The notes: generated from the letters alone by a model not told the origin. A DNA stretch of 63,134 bases, filler included, from Actinomycetota bacterium (GCA_046725875.1; 5 parts of 5 records of this genome joined end to end with filler, not necessarily neighbours in it), one strand, 5' to 3'; numbered from the whole stretch's first letter, positions 38,462 through 49,547 are shown. Program-made: numbers and translations.

Positions 38462-39337
38462 GTGACAGCGTCGTCGCCGGGGTACGGGCGTGCCGCGGAC
38501 CGCCCGACGGGGCACCCGGATCGGGCGAATCACGAAACGCTTGGCGCAGCCAGCGGCGGTCGAAGTTTCGGCGAGGAAGGTGGCCGGCTAACCTACGGCT
38601 CCTACCTCCAGCTCGACCAGCTCCTCGACCAGCAGCGGCTGCTCTCCCGCCCGCCCGCCCACGACGAGCTGCTCTTCATCACCATCCATCAGGTTTACGA
38701 ACTGTGGTTCAAGCAGCTGTTGCACGAGCTGGAGTCGGTCCGGGACGCGATGTTCGCCGGAACGCTCTGGTGGGCGCGGCATCTGCTGAAGCGCGTGGGA
38801 GCGATCGAGCGGGTGCTGATCGAGCAGATCAACATCCTCGAGACCATGACACCCCAGGACTTCCTGGTCTTTCGTTCCAAGCTCGCTCCGGCTAGTGGCT
38901 TCCAGTCGGTGCAGTTTCGTGAGCTCGAGTTCATCTCGGGGGCGAAGAATCGGGCATTCATCGACAGGTTCCGCGGGCTGCGGCCCGCGGAGCGAGAGCG
39001 GCTGGAGCGCCGGCTCGCCGAACCGACGCTGTGGGAAGCGTTCTGCAAGGTCCTCGCCGATTACGGGCTACCGGCGGGAACGGAGGAGAAGATACTCGAC
39101 TCGCTGCTTGTCGTGGCGCGCGACCGGGAGGGGTACGGCGACGTCTGGGACTTGGCCGAATCGCTGCTAGACCACGACGAGGCGTCCGCAATGTGGCGGG
39201 CTCGACACGTAATGATGGTCGAACGACAGATCGGCGCCAAGTCGGGGACGGGCGGATCGAGCGGTGCACCCTACCTGCACAAAAGGCTGTCGATGCGCTA
39301 TTACCCGCTGCTGTGGGAGCTGCGCGACCGCCTGTGA
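38462..39337 (+). CDS. kynA: Tryptophan 2,3-dioxygenase (start uncertain)
   Basis: Y..YLQLD.LL, HDELLFITIHQVYELWFK, ASGFQS, GTGGSSG. Confidence 0.93.
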   Translation: MTASSPGYGRAADRPTGHPDRANHETLGAASGGRSFGEEGGRLTYGSYLQLDQLLDQQRLLSRPPAHDELLFITIHQVYELWFKQLLHELESVRDAMFAGTLWWARHLLKRVGAIERVLIEQINILETMTPQDFLVFRSKLAPASGFQSVQFRELEFISGAKNRAFIDRFRGLRPAERERLERRLAEPTLWEAFCKVLADYGLPAGTEEKILDSLLVVARDREGYGDVWDLAESLLDHDEASAMWRARHVMMVERQIGAKSGTGGSSGAPYLHKRLSMRYYPLLWELRDRL

Positions 39338-39457
39338 CAGGCTCGGCGCCGGGAATCAGCTCGCGACCGGCGGGGCATGGTAAGCGGTGTTCCGGCGGGG
39401 CGGCATACGGTGTAGGTGGATATGGCCCGCAACGGCGCGGGCAGGGAGTTGACGACC

Positions 39458-42400
39458 ATGCAGGGCAAGGGCGCCCAGGCGGGAAGCGCGCAGGGAGACG
39501 GCGAATCCGCGGAGACACTGAAAGACCGCGCGAAGAGTGACCTCCTTGACCGAGCGGCTGAGATCGCGTCCAACGGCGGAGGCGTCGAGGCCGGTCCAGC
39601 GACCGGACCAGCACCGTTCCTCGGCGACCTGTCATTGCTCGTTCGCCGCTACTATCGGCACGCCGACCCGGACGAGCTGCTCGGCCGCGACCCGAGGGAC
39701 CTTGCCGGCGCGGCTCTGTCGCACTACCGCCTGGCGACTGAGCGGGTGCAGGGCACGGCAAGGGTTCGGGTCCACAACCCGACCGCCGAGGACGGCTGGA
39801 GCTGTTCGCACACGGTGGTCGAGGTCGTCACCGACGATATGCCCTATCTCGTCGATTCGGTGACGATGGAGGTGGCCCGCCTTGGCAGGGGCATCCACGC
39901 GCTCATCCACCCGCAGCTTGTTGTCCGGCGCGATGTCCGCGGCACTCTCACCGAGATCGTCGACACCTCAGACCCGGCCCGGGCGCCGGCAGATGCGCTG
40001 GTTGAGTCGTGGATGCACGTCGAGATCGACCGGGAGACCGATCAGGAGGTTCTGGCCGCGATCGCGCAGAACCTGCAGCGGGTGCTCCGCGACGTCAGGG
40101 AGGCGGTGGAGGACTACCCGAAGATGCGGGAGACGGCGGTCCGCCTAGCGGCCGAGGTCGCCGATCTTCCGCCGCTAGTCGCCGCCGCGGAGGCGCGTGA
40201 AGTCGCCGACCTGCTTCGCTGGCTTGCCGCCGACCACTTCACCTTCCTCGGCTACCGCGAGTATGTCCTCGACGTGGAAGGCGGCGAGGACGTCCTGCGG
40301 TCGGTGGCCGGCACCGGGCTTGGCATCCTACGCTCAGACCGCCCGCTGTCCACATCGTTCCGGGAACTGTCGCCAGAAGGTCGGGCGAAGGCCAAGGAAC
40401 CGCGGATGCTCACGCTCACCAAGGCGAATTCCCGCGCAACCGTGCATCGTCCGGCCTACCTCGACTACATCGGCATCCGCGGGTTCGCCCCGGACGGGAC
40501 CGTGACCGGGGAGCGGCGCTTCCTGGGCCTGTTCAGCACCTCTGCCTACGTCGAGAGCGTCATGACCATCCCGGTCGTGCGCCGCAAGGCTGCCGAGGTG
40601 TTGAGCCGCGCGGGTTTCCCGCGGGCGAGCTACAGCGGCAAAGCATTGCGGCAAGTGCTCGACGGCTACCCAAGGGACGAGCTCTTCCAGATATCCGTCG
40701 ACGAATTGCTGCCGATCGCGACGAATGTCTTGCACCTGCAGGAGCGCCGGCGCCTGCGGCTGTTCCTTCGGCGCGATGACTACGGCAGGTTTATCTCCGC
40801 GCTGGTTTATCTCCCTCGAGACCGCTACACCACGGCGGCTCTCGACACGATGGAGGAGATCCTTCGCGAGGAGCTGGGTGGGATCGGCGTGGATCACACC
40901 GCCCAGATCTCCGATTCCGTTCTGGCCAGGGTCCATTTCGTTGTACGGGTCGATCCGGCTGCCGCGCGCCACTATGACGCCGCCCGTATCGAGGAGCGCC
41001 TCGCAGCCGCCATCAGGTCATGGGAGGACGACTTTGCCGAGGCGCTGGTCGACCAGTGCGGCGAGGAAGCATCGGTCGACCTGGCTCGCCGGTATGAGCA
41101 CGCCTTCCCCGAGGCCTACAAGGAGGACTTCTCCGCCCGCACGGCCGTAGTCGACCTGCGCCGGTTGGAGGATCTCACCACCGAGAACGAGTTGGCGATG
41201 AGCCTCTACGAACCGGCCGGCGCTCGTCCCGGGGAACGCCGGTTCAAGATCTGCAAGATCGGTTCGCCGCTGTCCCTGACCAGTGTGCTGCCGATCTTGC
41301 AGCGGATGGGCGTTGAGGTGGTCGACGAGCGACCGTATGGGGTCGTACGGAAGGACGGAAACTCGAGCTGGATCTACGACTTCGGCCTGCGCTACGACGA
41401 GAGCAAGTTGGCTCAGCCCGCGCCGCCCGCGGACGCCGGCGAAGCAGGCAGATCCGGCGCCGACGTTAAGCAACTCTTCCAGGACGCCTTCGCGGCGGTG
41501 TGGCGTGGCGACGCGGAAAGTGACGGCTTCAACGCGCTCGTCCTCCTTGCCGGGCTCTCCTGGCCGGAGGCGACGATGCTGCGCGTGTACGCAAAGTATC
41601 TGCGCCAATGCAGGTCGACGTTCAGCCAGGACTATATGGAACAGGCACTTACGTCGAACCCGCGGATCGCGCGGCTGCTCGCGCAGCTGGTCGCCGCCCG
41701 CCTCGACCCTGCGCTCGACGCCAGGTCCGGCGAGCCCGCGGTCGATGTGGACGCGGATCCGAACGGCCGTCGGGTGGAGGTGGTCGCCGGGATCGTCGAG
41801 GAGATCGAAGGAGCTCTGGAGGCGGTGTCAAGTCTTGACCAGGACCGCATCCTCCGTGGGTTCCTTGCGGTGATCCAAGCGACGCTGCGAACGAACTTCT
41901 TTCAGCGGGACACCGACGGCCTAATGAAGCCGTACATCTCGATCAAGCTCGACCCGCGACGGGTGCCCGATCTGCCGGCGCCGCGGCCACGCTACGAGAT
42001 CTGGGTGTATTCGCCGCGTGTGGAGGGCGTGCACCTGCGTTTCGGTCCGGTCGCCCGTGGCGGCATTAGGTGGTCCGACCGCCGCGAGGACTTCCGCACC
42101 GAGATCCTCGGCCTGGTCAAGGCGCAGATGGTGAAGAACTCGGTGATCGTGCCCGTGGGTGCGAAGGGTGGCTTCGTGGTCAAGCGACCGCCGAAGGTGA
42201 CGGAGCGGGAGGCCTGGCTCGCTGAGGGTATCGCTTGCTACCGGATGCTCATCAGAGGTCTACTCGACCTTACCGACAACCTGGTCTCCGGGACCGTCGT
42301 CCACCCTCCGCAGGTAGTCAGGCATGACCGCGACGACACCTATCTCGTGGTCGCGGCGGACAAGGGCACGGCAAGCTTCTCCGATATCGCCAACGATGTG

Positions 42401-44536
42401 GCCAAGGAGTATGGGTTCTGGCTCGGCGATGCCTTCGCCTCCGGTGGCTCGGCGGGCTATGACCACAAGGAGATGGGCATCACCGCACGGGGTGCCTGGG
42501 AGTCTGTGAAGCGCCATTTTCGGGAGAGGGGCATCGACTGTCAGCGGCAGGATGTCACCGCGGTTGGCATCGGCGATATGTCCGGGGACGTGTTCGGGAA
42601 CGGCATGCTGCTCTCCGAGCACATCCGGCTCGTCGCCGCGTTCGACCACCGGCACATCTTCCTCGACCCCGACCCGAATGCAGCCCTCTCATACACCGAG
42701 CGGCGGCGCCTTTTCGAGCTGCCGCGGTCGTCGTGGGCCGACTACAATGCGGCTCTCATTTCGCCTGGCGGCGGCGTGTATCCCCGTTCGGCAAAGTCGA
42801 TCCCGGTGAGCCCGCAGGTGCGGGAGCGGCTGGGTCTCGGGAATGGCCCCGCAACGGAAGTGCCGAAGTCGCCGACCGAGGCACAGCCCCAGTCGGGCTC
42901 GCTCGGAATGGTGCAGATGACGCCGCAGGAGCTCATCCGTGCGATCCTTTGCGGACCCGTGGATGTGCTGTGGAACGGCGGGATAGGCACCTACGTGAAG
43001 GCGTCCACCCAGTCCAACGCGGACGTGGGTGACAAGTCGAACGATGCGGTCCGGGTAGATGGCTCGGCTTTGCGCTGTAAGTGCGTCGGCGAAGGTGGGA
43101 ACCTTGGTTTCACGCAGCTCGGCCGGGTCGAGTATGCGCTTGCCGGTGGGCGGATCAACACCGATGCGATCGACAACTCGGCCGGCGTCGACACCTCGGA
43201 CCACGAGGTCAACATCAAGATTCTGCTCGACGAGATGGTCCGAGCGAGCGAGTTGACCGCGCAGCGCCGCAATGACCTGCTCGCCGAGATGACGAACGAC
43301 GTCGCGGATCTCGTGTTGCAGAACAACTACGACCAGAACGTGGCCTTGGCGACCGCTCTCGCCCAGGCGCCGGCCATGTTGCATGTCCATGCACGGTTCA
43401 TGCGCCGGCTGGAGCAGGACGGTGAGCTGGACCGCAGCCTGGAGTTCCTGCCTACCGGCCGTCAGATCAGGGAGCGGGAGCAGAACGGCCAGGGCCTAAC
43501 TTCGCCCGAACTCGCTGTCCTGCTCGCATACGCGAAAATCAGCTTGGCCGAGGAGTTGATCGGCAGCGACCTACCGGACGACCCGGCGCTGCTACCGATG
43601 CTCTACGCGTACTTCCCGCCCGCGCTACGAGACGACCCAACCTTTGCCGAGCGGATCGAGGCGCATCCGCTGCGCCGCCAGATAATCACGACCTCACTGG
43701 TAAACGCCGTCGTCAACGGCGCCGGCCTGTCGTTTGTCTACCGGCTTCGTGAGGAGACCGGTGGCTCAGCTCCGGAGATTGTACGAGCGCACATCGTAGC
43801 CCGCTCGGTCTTCGGAATGGACGACCATTGGGATGCCATTGCGGCGCTCGACACCAAGGTCCCCGCTCACGTGCAGACAACCATGCGACTGGCCGGCCGC
43901 CGGCTGGTGGAACGCGGCGTCCGGTGGTTCCTGCACAACCGGCGCCCGCCGCTTGCCATTGCGGAGGCGATCGCACAGTTCAGGGACGGGGTGGCCGAAG
44001 TCGTAGCCCTGCTGCCAAAGCTGGTGCACGGGCTCGACCTCGCGGTTTTCGAGAAGGAACGGGACAGGCTGATCGAGAGTGGGATCCCGGCCGACCTTGC
44101 TGCGGCGACGGCGACGATGACGCCTGCGTACTCCGCGCTTGACATCGTCGAAGTAGCCCGCGACTCCGGGCGGCAGGTGCCCCTGGTTGCGGAGGTCTAC
44201 TTCGACCTCGCCGACCGGCTGCCGATGGCCCGGATCCTCGACCGGATCAACGCGCTGTCCCGAGCCGACCGATGGAAGACAATGGCACGGGCGGCGCTGC
44301 GGGACGATCTCTATGCCGCCCATGCCGCGCTCACGTTCGACGTGCTCGCCTTCGGCGATTCCAACGCCACACCTGAGCAACGGTTCGCTGCGTGGACGGC
44401 GCACAATGCGACGGCGGTGGCTCGGGCGAGGCAGACGCTCGACGAGATCGCTGCGGGCGACACGTACGACTTGGCGACCCTGTCGGTTGCCATGCGGGTC
44501 GTCCGCACGCTCCTCCGCCGCGGCGAATCCTTCTGA
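39458..44536 (+). CDS. Large NAD-specific glutamate dehydrogenase
   Basis: DDMPYLVDS, RGGIRWSDR, KAQMVKN, VAADKGTA, GDMSGDVFGNG, DNSAGV; about 1690 aa. Confidence 0.95.
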   Translation: MQGKGAQAGSAQGDGESAETLKDRAKSDLLDRAAEIASNGGGVEAGPATGPAPFLGDLSLLVRRYYRHADPDELLGRDPRDLAGAALSHYRLATERVQGTARVRVHNPTAEDGWSCSHTVVEVVTDDMPYLVDSVTMEVARLGRGIHALIHPQLVVRRDVRGTLTEIVDTSDPARAPADALVESWMHVEIDRETDQEVLAAIAQNLQRVLRDVREAVEDYPKMRETAVRLAAEVADLPPLVAAAEAREVADLLRWLAADHFTFLGYREYVLDVEGGEDVLRSVAGTGLGILRSDRPLSTSFRELSPEGRAKAKEPRMLTLTKANSRATVHRPAYLDYIGIRGFAPDGTVTGERRFLGLFSTSAYVESVMTIPVVRRKAAEVLSRAGFPRASYSGKALRQVLDGYPRDELFQISVDELLPIATNVLHLQERRRLRLFLRRDDYGRFISALVYLPRDRYTTAALDTMEEILREELGGIGVDHTAQISDSVLARVHFVVRVDPAAARHYDAARIEERLAAAIRSWEDDFAEALVDQCGEEASVDLARRYEHAFPEAYKEDFSARTAVVDLRRLEDLTTENELAMSLYEPAGARPGERRFKICKIGSPLSLTSVLPILQRMGVEVVDERPYGVVRKDGNSSWIYDFGLRYDESKLAQPAPPADAGEAGRSGADVKQLFQDAFAAVWRGDAESDGFNALVLLAGLSWPEATMLRVYAKYLRQCRSTFSQDYMEQALTSNPRIARLLAQLVAARLDPALDARSGEPAVDVDADPNGRRVEVVAGIVEEIEGALEAVSSLDQDRILRGFLAVIQATLRTNFFQRDTDGLMKPYISIKLDPRRVPDLPAPRPRYEIWVYSPRVEGVHLRFGPVARGGIRWSDRREDFRTEILGLVKAQMVKNSVIVPVGAKGGFVVKRPPKVTEREAWLAEGIACYRMLIRGLLDLTDNLVSGTVVHPPQVVRHDRDDTYLVVAADKGTASFSDIANDVAKEYGFWLGDAFASGGSAGYDHKEMGITARGAWESVKRHFRERGIDCQRQDVTAVGIGDMSGDVFGNGMLLSEHIRLVAAFDHRHIFLDPDPNAALSYTERRRLFELPRSSWADYNAALISPGGGVYPRSAKSIPVSPQVRERLGLGNGPATEVPKSPTEAQPQSGSLGMVQMTPQELIRAILCGPVDVLWNGGIGTYVKASTQSNADVGDKSNDAVRVDGSALRCKCVGEGGNLGFTQLGRVEYALAGGRINTDAIDNSAGVDTSDHEVNIKILLDEMVRASELTAQRRNDLLAEMTNDVADLVLQNNYDQNVALATALAQAPAMLHVHARFMRRLEQDGELDRSLEFLPTGRQIREREQNGQGLTSPELAVLLAYAKISLAEELIGSDLPDDPALLPMLYAYFPPALRDDPTFAERIEAHPLRRQIITTSLVNAVVNGAGLSFVYRLREETGGSAPEIVRAHIVARSVFGMDDHWDAIAALDTKVPAHVQTTMRLAGRRLVERGVRWFLHNRRPPLAIAEAIAQFRDGVAEVVALLPKLVHGLDLAVFEKERDRLIESGIPADLAAATATMTPAYSALDIVEVARDSGRQVPLVAEVYFDLADRLPMARILDRINALSRADRWKTMARAALRDDLYAAHAALTFDVLAFGDSNATPEQRFAAWTAHNATAVARARQTLDEIAAGDTYDLATLSVAMRVVRTLLRRGESF

Positions 44537-44627
44537 CCGGCGGACAGCACTTAGGAGCTGGGCAGGCCGTTAACTCATAACCCGGTTGCCGAGGGCAGCC
44601 CGACACCGACCGTGATGGGCGACTGAC

Positions 44628-47600
44628 TCATCTCCCTTCTTGTCCAGGACTAGGTGTCGGTGCTCTAAACGGTGCTCGATCCGATGCGGCATCGTCCGCC
44701 GCGGACCAAGGAGTGCCGAACTGGACCGGAGTATCGGTGCCGCCGAGGATGAGGACGCCACGCCCGGGTGGCGGGTTCGGATCGCGGTCGACTCGGCGGC
44801 CAACAAGCTCGATGTCGGTCCGGGCGGATGGGCCAAGCAAAATGACTGCCCGGCTACGGCGTACGCAGGCTGCTAGCGGGCGGAAGCTGACGGCGAACGC
44901 ATCCGTCGAACCAGCTATCACAACCCCCACCAGGTTTGGTGGGGGCTCGCGCACCATTTCGTAGATGGCTGCCTCGCCTGGCGTTCCGAGCAGCTCCTCG
45001 GCATCGTCCGCAACTAGAACCGCATCTGTATAGCCGGCGGCCGCCACCGGCGGCGCTGCATTGATGTTGCCCGGTGGCACTTCTTCCCTCAACCTACCGT
45101 TGCCGTCTCGTCCCAACGGCGGCCGGAGCATGGAGCCCACCGAGTCGGCGGTCGGATCAATGCTCACGACCGCAAGACCCCGATGGCGTGCCCACCAGCT
45201 GACCATCTGCATGCCACTACTGCGTCCGCTTGCGGGCGGGCCGCCGATGAACAGGAACCGACCATGTGCAGCCAAGTCGATACCGATTGGACCGGCATCG
45301 TCACCGCCCGCGCCGAGCAGCAGCCACGATGACTGCTTAGCCTCGGCAGGAACTCTTCGCGCCAGATCCTTGATTTTGACCGAGTTCGGGATTGGCACCA
45401 GACGAATGGGTTGGTGGTGGTCCGCTCTGATCGTTTTGCGGGTATCGGGTGCACACGCGAGCCCTGAGCTGTCCAATGTCGCTCTCGCGGCCAACCCTGC
45501 ATCCTCGGATGCCTGCCGCGTCGTGGGCCCTGCCAACCGCGCAGGTGAGGGCGGCGACGCCGGCACTGCTATCTGGACCTCCTGACCGCCAGGGACGAAT
45601 TCGCCCCGTCCTGGCTGTGCACTCTCGCCCGTTGTCGCTGGCCGTGCGCGCGCATGCCGAGAGGGCAGCCCAGCGAGGACCCGGTCGCCCTGGTCGGCGA
45701 GTGCGAAGACGACCCGCTGCGAGATGAGCGATGCCACTCTTGACGTCAGAAGATCCCGATCCCCGGTGATGGCCACCGTGAGTCCGGCCGCGGGACCGTC
45801 CTTTAGAAGGTGACGCAGCGTGGCAAGCGGTCTCCCACCGCCGACGTGCTCGCTTGCCTCGGCGAAGCTCGCCCAGTCGTCGATCAGCAGGAGCATCCAC
45901 GCCGCGTCGGCGCCGGCTTCCCGGCGCTGGCGGCCGGCATCCCGTCGTCGCCGGCGATCGATCTCTTCTGAGAGTCGGGTCAGCAATCGGTCGACGATGT
46001 GTGGACTGGCGCTGGTTGTTATCGTCCCGCAGTGCTCGAGCTGCTCGCACCCGCGCAAATTCCCGGCCGGGGAGTCAATGATGTAGCAGTGAGCCGCCGT
46101 CGGACTGAGCCGCGCTGCGAACTGGCCGACCAGCGTGCGCAGGAGTGTCGTCTTGCCGGTTCGCGGGGCGCCGATCACGAGCCAGTGAAGGCCTGCAGCG
46201 AGATCCACGACCAGGTTGCCACGGCGCTGCTCGTCCGGTATGTCAACCACGCCGATCGGCAATCGGCCAGCGATCGGCTCGTCGTCGACTTCGTCCAGGG
46301 TGACGGTCGGGGGCAGTGGCGGGAGCCAGGGAGCCCCGGGTGGCCTGGCATCCTTACGCGCTGCAGCGGATCGAAGAGCGTGCACAATTAACTGCAGATC
46401 AGTTGGTGGCCGCTGCTTCCCGGTCGGCGCCCCGAGCGAGTCCGGTAGGTACCGCTCCATGGTGGTCCCTGGTCGGCAGGTCCGGGGTAGGGACGTCGTC
46501 GTCCGGACGAAGACGCGGTCCTTGCCCGCTGGCTCCCCGCACCAACTGACGAGGGCGGCCCGGAATCGGACCGGTTGGTGGGAGCCGACCCGCCCGATCG
46601 CGTCGCCGGCCGCATCCACGGGAATCGTCGCAGCACCAGGTGTGCCGACGATGTCGGTTGACTCGCCCGGATCCGCGACACGCATACAGATCCGGAGGGC
46701 CATGTTCGCCTTGATCTCGGCGCTCACGGCGCCGGCCGGCCGCTGAGTCGCGAGTACGAGGTGAATGCCGAGGGAGCGGCCGCGCCGAGCGACCGAGACC
46801 AGTCCGGTCATGAAGTCTGGAAGCTCCTCGACGAGTGTCGCGAACTCGTCGATGACTATTACGAGATGTGGGAGCGTGGGCAATTCCTCGGGCGCGCCCC
46901 CGCTCGCCCATTCGTTACGTGCCTCCTCGTGCGCCGGCAGCTGATCACCAGGGGAATGGGGCGCAGATTTCCCAGGACCCGCGATGTGATCACGGCAGAG
47001 CCGGTAGGTGGCGAGGTCGGAGACCCTGGCCGATCTGAACAGTCGCTCACGTCGTCGCAGTTCGGCGTTGAGAGATGCAAGCGCGCGTTCGGTCGCCCTA
47101 TCGTCGAGATCGGTCAGCACGCCAACTGTGTGTGGGAGATCCGCACATTCGGCGAATGCGGCCCCGCCCTTGTAGTCGACCAGCATGAAGGTGACGACTC
47201 CAGGAGGGGCGGACGCGGCGAGGCTAGCCACGAGCGTGCGCAGAAACTCCGACTTCCCTGACCCGGTCGTACCCGCGACGAGCATGTGCGGACCGTCGCG
47301 GGTCAAGTCGATCGAGTAGGGTCCAGCCGCCGCCAGGCCGACCGTCGCTACCAAGCTGCTTTCCTGCCCAGCCCACCGAGCACTGATTGCTGACTCATCG
47401 AGCTGGCCGGATCGGCCGATCAGGTCGGGGAGCCGGACCGGACCGACCGCCATGCTAGCCAACGGTCCGTTCGCGACCTGCGGATAAAGCGGCGCCAGCA
47501 TTCGCGCACAGATGATCGCGGCTCCGAACGGGAGCAGGTCGGCCGCGACGTCAAGGATCGGCATCTCTCCGTCCGCCGCGAGGCTGGCCCGATCAGGCCT

Positions 47601-49043
47601 CTCGGGACTGATGTGAACCACGGCTGCACAGTCATTTGGCAGCTCGGCCGTCGTGTCCGCCAAGACAATGCGGTACCTATCCTCGCTGTCACTTGTCGTA
47701 CGCGAACTCTCGGTCCAGCCAGCACTTAGCAAGTGGACCGACCGCTTGCATACGCCCGAGAGGTTGCGTCCAGCGCCGGCAGTGTCCAGAAACGCGACAG
47801 TCGCGGCAGGATGGATAGAGTGCGCGGAGCCGTTGCCTTCCAGCGCTCCGGCCACTCCCTGCGGGTCGCGCGCGGATGTAACCAGCGGTACGCTCCGTCC
47901 GCTTCTCGCATGGGGGAGCCAGCGCACCCAGTGCCAATCCGTTGTCTTCTCGGGCTCAGCGGTGACCGCAATCCGGAGATCGTCCGGCCGGTGCAGCACT
48001 GCAAGCTGGGCGGCCATCCACCGAGCGATACCGAGAACCGCGTGTCGAGGACCAACGACGCCCAGCGACTTAACGTCTGATAGCCGGATCACAGCCGGCA
48101 CCGCTCGGGCAATCAGTGAGTTCGCGCTGGGCGCTTGGACGCGTGTCGGCGGCGGCGGGCCGGTGACCGTAACGTGAGCAGGCAGGTTGGCTACGCCGAT
48201 ACGGATAAGCGTGAAATCGGGGTCGTCGCGACGCCGCTGCCACAGCGGCGCCCGGAGGCTCTGCGCGGCCCCCAACAGCTCGCCGGGACCGGGCGCCGCT
48301 CCACGGCGTTCGGTCTCCTCCTCGGCGAGCGCCTTGAGAAGCGCCTCGTGGCATCGTTCGAGTGCCTTTCGATGATTGGCATGAGCGCAGCGCTTGGTCC
48401 GACGAACCCGGAGATGTTCGGCGAGCAGTACTAGCAGTGCGGACAACGGAGCAATGGCAGCGAAGACCAGCATCCGCCCACCGAATGCGATGGCTATCGG
48501 CAAAGTGACGGCCCCGGGGACCAAGGCTGTAATCCACGAGCCGCCGCTCATCCTGTGGTCGTCAGGCGGGGTGGGAAGCTCCACCACCCGGTCTTCGCTC
48601 CCGGGACCGCGGACACGCGGCGGGATGTTGACCGCCAGCCGGCCTCTCCCGTCTGCTGCAACGGCATATGACTGACATCCATTGGATCTCGCACTGCTCG
48701 CGGCGGAGTGGACTGCCTCGCGCACTCTCGAGGACATACACCTCTGGCCGGCTGGCGCCGGCGTTGTTCCATGTCCGTCCGTCGATCCTTGTGAACCGAG
48801 GGTGACGAGTGCGCCGTCGAGCAGCGGTGGCTCACCCATGACCGCGTCCAGTGGCACCTGCTCGACCTTGGGCTGCCATGTGAAGTTGCCGAAGGGATCG
48901 TCCCGCCGGATGCCCCAGATGTACGCATCGACTCCAGGTGGCGCACCTCCGCTGAGTTCGGACACCACCGCGGACCACGATGTATCGGCCGGCATTCGAA
49001 GATCGATGTCACGGAAACGCCCGTTGCCCTCGACCAGTGTCAT
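44628..49043 (-). CDS. FtsK/SpoIIIE-family ATPase, EssC/EccC-like (start uncertain)
   Basis: Two TM helices, LWQRR, DGPH..AGTTGSGKS, IDEF, LATQRP; further P-loops GAPRTGKT and GPPASGRS. Confidence 0.85.
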   Translation of the reverse strand: MTLVEGNGRFRDIDLRMPADTSWSAVVSELSGGAPPGVDAYIWGIRRDDPFGNFTWQPKVEQVPLDAVMGEPPLLDGALVTLGSQGSTDGHGTTPAPAGQRCMSSRVREAVHSAASSARSNGCQSYAVAADGRGRLAVNIPPRVRGPGSEDRVVELPTPPDDHRMSGGSWITALVPGAVTLPIAIAFGGRMLVFAAIAPLSALLVLLAEHLRVRRTKRCAHANHRKALERCHEALLKALAEEETERRGAAPGPGELLGAAQSLRAPLWQRRRDDPDFTLIRIGVANLPAHVTVTGPPPPTRVQAPSANSLIARAVPAVIRLSDVKSLGVVGPRHAVLGIARWMAAQLAVLHRPDDLRIAVTAEPEKTTDWHWVRWLPHARSGRSVPLVTSARDPQGVAGALEGNGSAHSIHPAATVAFLDTAGAGRNLSGVCKRSVHLLSAGWTESSRTTSDSEDRYRIVLADTTAELPNDCAAVVHISPERPDRASLAADGEMPILDVAADLLPFGAAIICARMLAPLYPQVANGPLASMAVGPVRLPDLIGRSGQLDESAISARWAGQESSLVATVGLAAAGPYSIDLTRDGPHMLVAGTTGSGKSEFLRTLVASLAASAPPGVVTFMLVDYKGGAAFAECADLPHTVGVLTDLDDRATERALASLNAELRRRERLFRSARVSDLATYRLCRDHIAGPGKSAPHSPGDQLPAHEEARNEWASGGAPEELPTLPHLVIVIDEFATLVEELPDFMTGLVSVARRGRSLGIHLVLATQRPAGAVSAEIKANMALRICMRVADPGESTDIVGTPGAATIPVDAAGDAIGRVGSHQPVRFRAALVSWCGEPAGKDRVFVRTTTSLPRTCRPGTTMERYLPDSLGAPTGKQRPPTDLQLIVHALRSAAARKDARPPGAPWLPPLPPTVTLDEVDDEPIAGRLPIGVVDIPDEQRRGNLVVDLAAGLHWLVIGAPRTGKTTLLRTLVGQFAARLSPTAAHCYIIDSPAGNLRGCEQLEHCGTITTSASPHIVDRLLTRLSEEIDRRRRRDAGRQRREAGADAAWMLLLIDDWASFAEASEHVGGGRPLATLRHLLKDGPAAGLTVAITGDRDLLTSRVASLISQRVVFALADQGDRVLAGLPSRHARARPATTGESAQPGRGEFVPGGQEVQIAVPASPPSPARLAGPTTRQASEDAGLAARATLDSSGLACAPDTRKTIRADHHQPIRLVPIPNSVKIKDLARRVPAEAKQSSWLLLGAGGDDAGPIGIDLAAHGRFLFIGGPPASGRSSGMQMVSWWARHRGLAVVSIDPTADSVGSMLRPPLGRDGNGRLREEVPPGNINAAPPVAAAGYTDAVLVADDAEELLGTPGEAAIYEMVREPPPNLVGVVIAGSTDAFAVSFRPLAACVRRSRAVILLGPSARTDIELVGRRVDRDPNPPPGRGVLILGGTDTPVQFGTPWSAADDAASDRAPFRAPTPSPGQEGR

Positions 49044-49246
49044 TTGAACTTGCACGCCGTGCTCCAGAGAATTTGCCACCGCTTCCGGCCGACTCGAGAC
49101 TGCAGGCGATGCCGGCCAGACGGTAGCGGTGGCAGACAACCTGTGGGTGAAGTGGCCAGAAATCTCGACCCTGTTGATTGCCAGTCGGAGCTCCCATGTC
49201 GCCGTACCGTCGATGGCCGGCGTAATAGATCGAGAGGGGAGGCGGC

Positions 49247-49540
49247 ATGGCAGCCAGCATCCGAGTTACACCTGAGCAGCTTGGCTCGCTCTCGGCAGCC
49301 GTAGGCCGTGGTTCGACCGAGATCGACGGGACCCTTGCGCAGTTACGTGGACAGATCGAGCCAATCGGCGGCGAATGGGCGGGCACAGCGGCGTCCGAGT
49401 TTCATGCCCTGTGGATGCAATGGCAGTCCGCGGCTAGAGATCTCAACGCGGCTCTCGGCGGCATCAGCGACCTGTTGCGGCGCGCCGCGGACGCCTACGC
49501 GCAAGCGGAAGCTGGCATCGCGGCCAGCTTCAGGCACTGA
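49247..49540 (+). CDS. WXG100-family type VII secretion substrate
   Basis: 97 aa, IRVTPEQL start, central WAG, C-terminal Y..AE. GGGGAGG RBS. Confidence 0.9.
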   Translation: MAASIRVTPEQLGSLSAAVGRGSTEIDGTLAQLRGQIEPIGGEWAGTAASEFHALWMQWQSAARDLNAALGGISDLLRRAADAYAQAEAGIAASFRH

Positions 49541-49547
49541 GTCCGGT

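Noticed and set aside
44537..44627. Possible tRNA or attachment site at the gdh/FtsK boundary
   Set aside because: No cloverleaf, T-loop motif, direct repeat or integrase visible.
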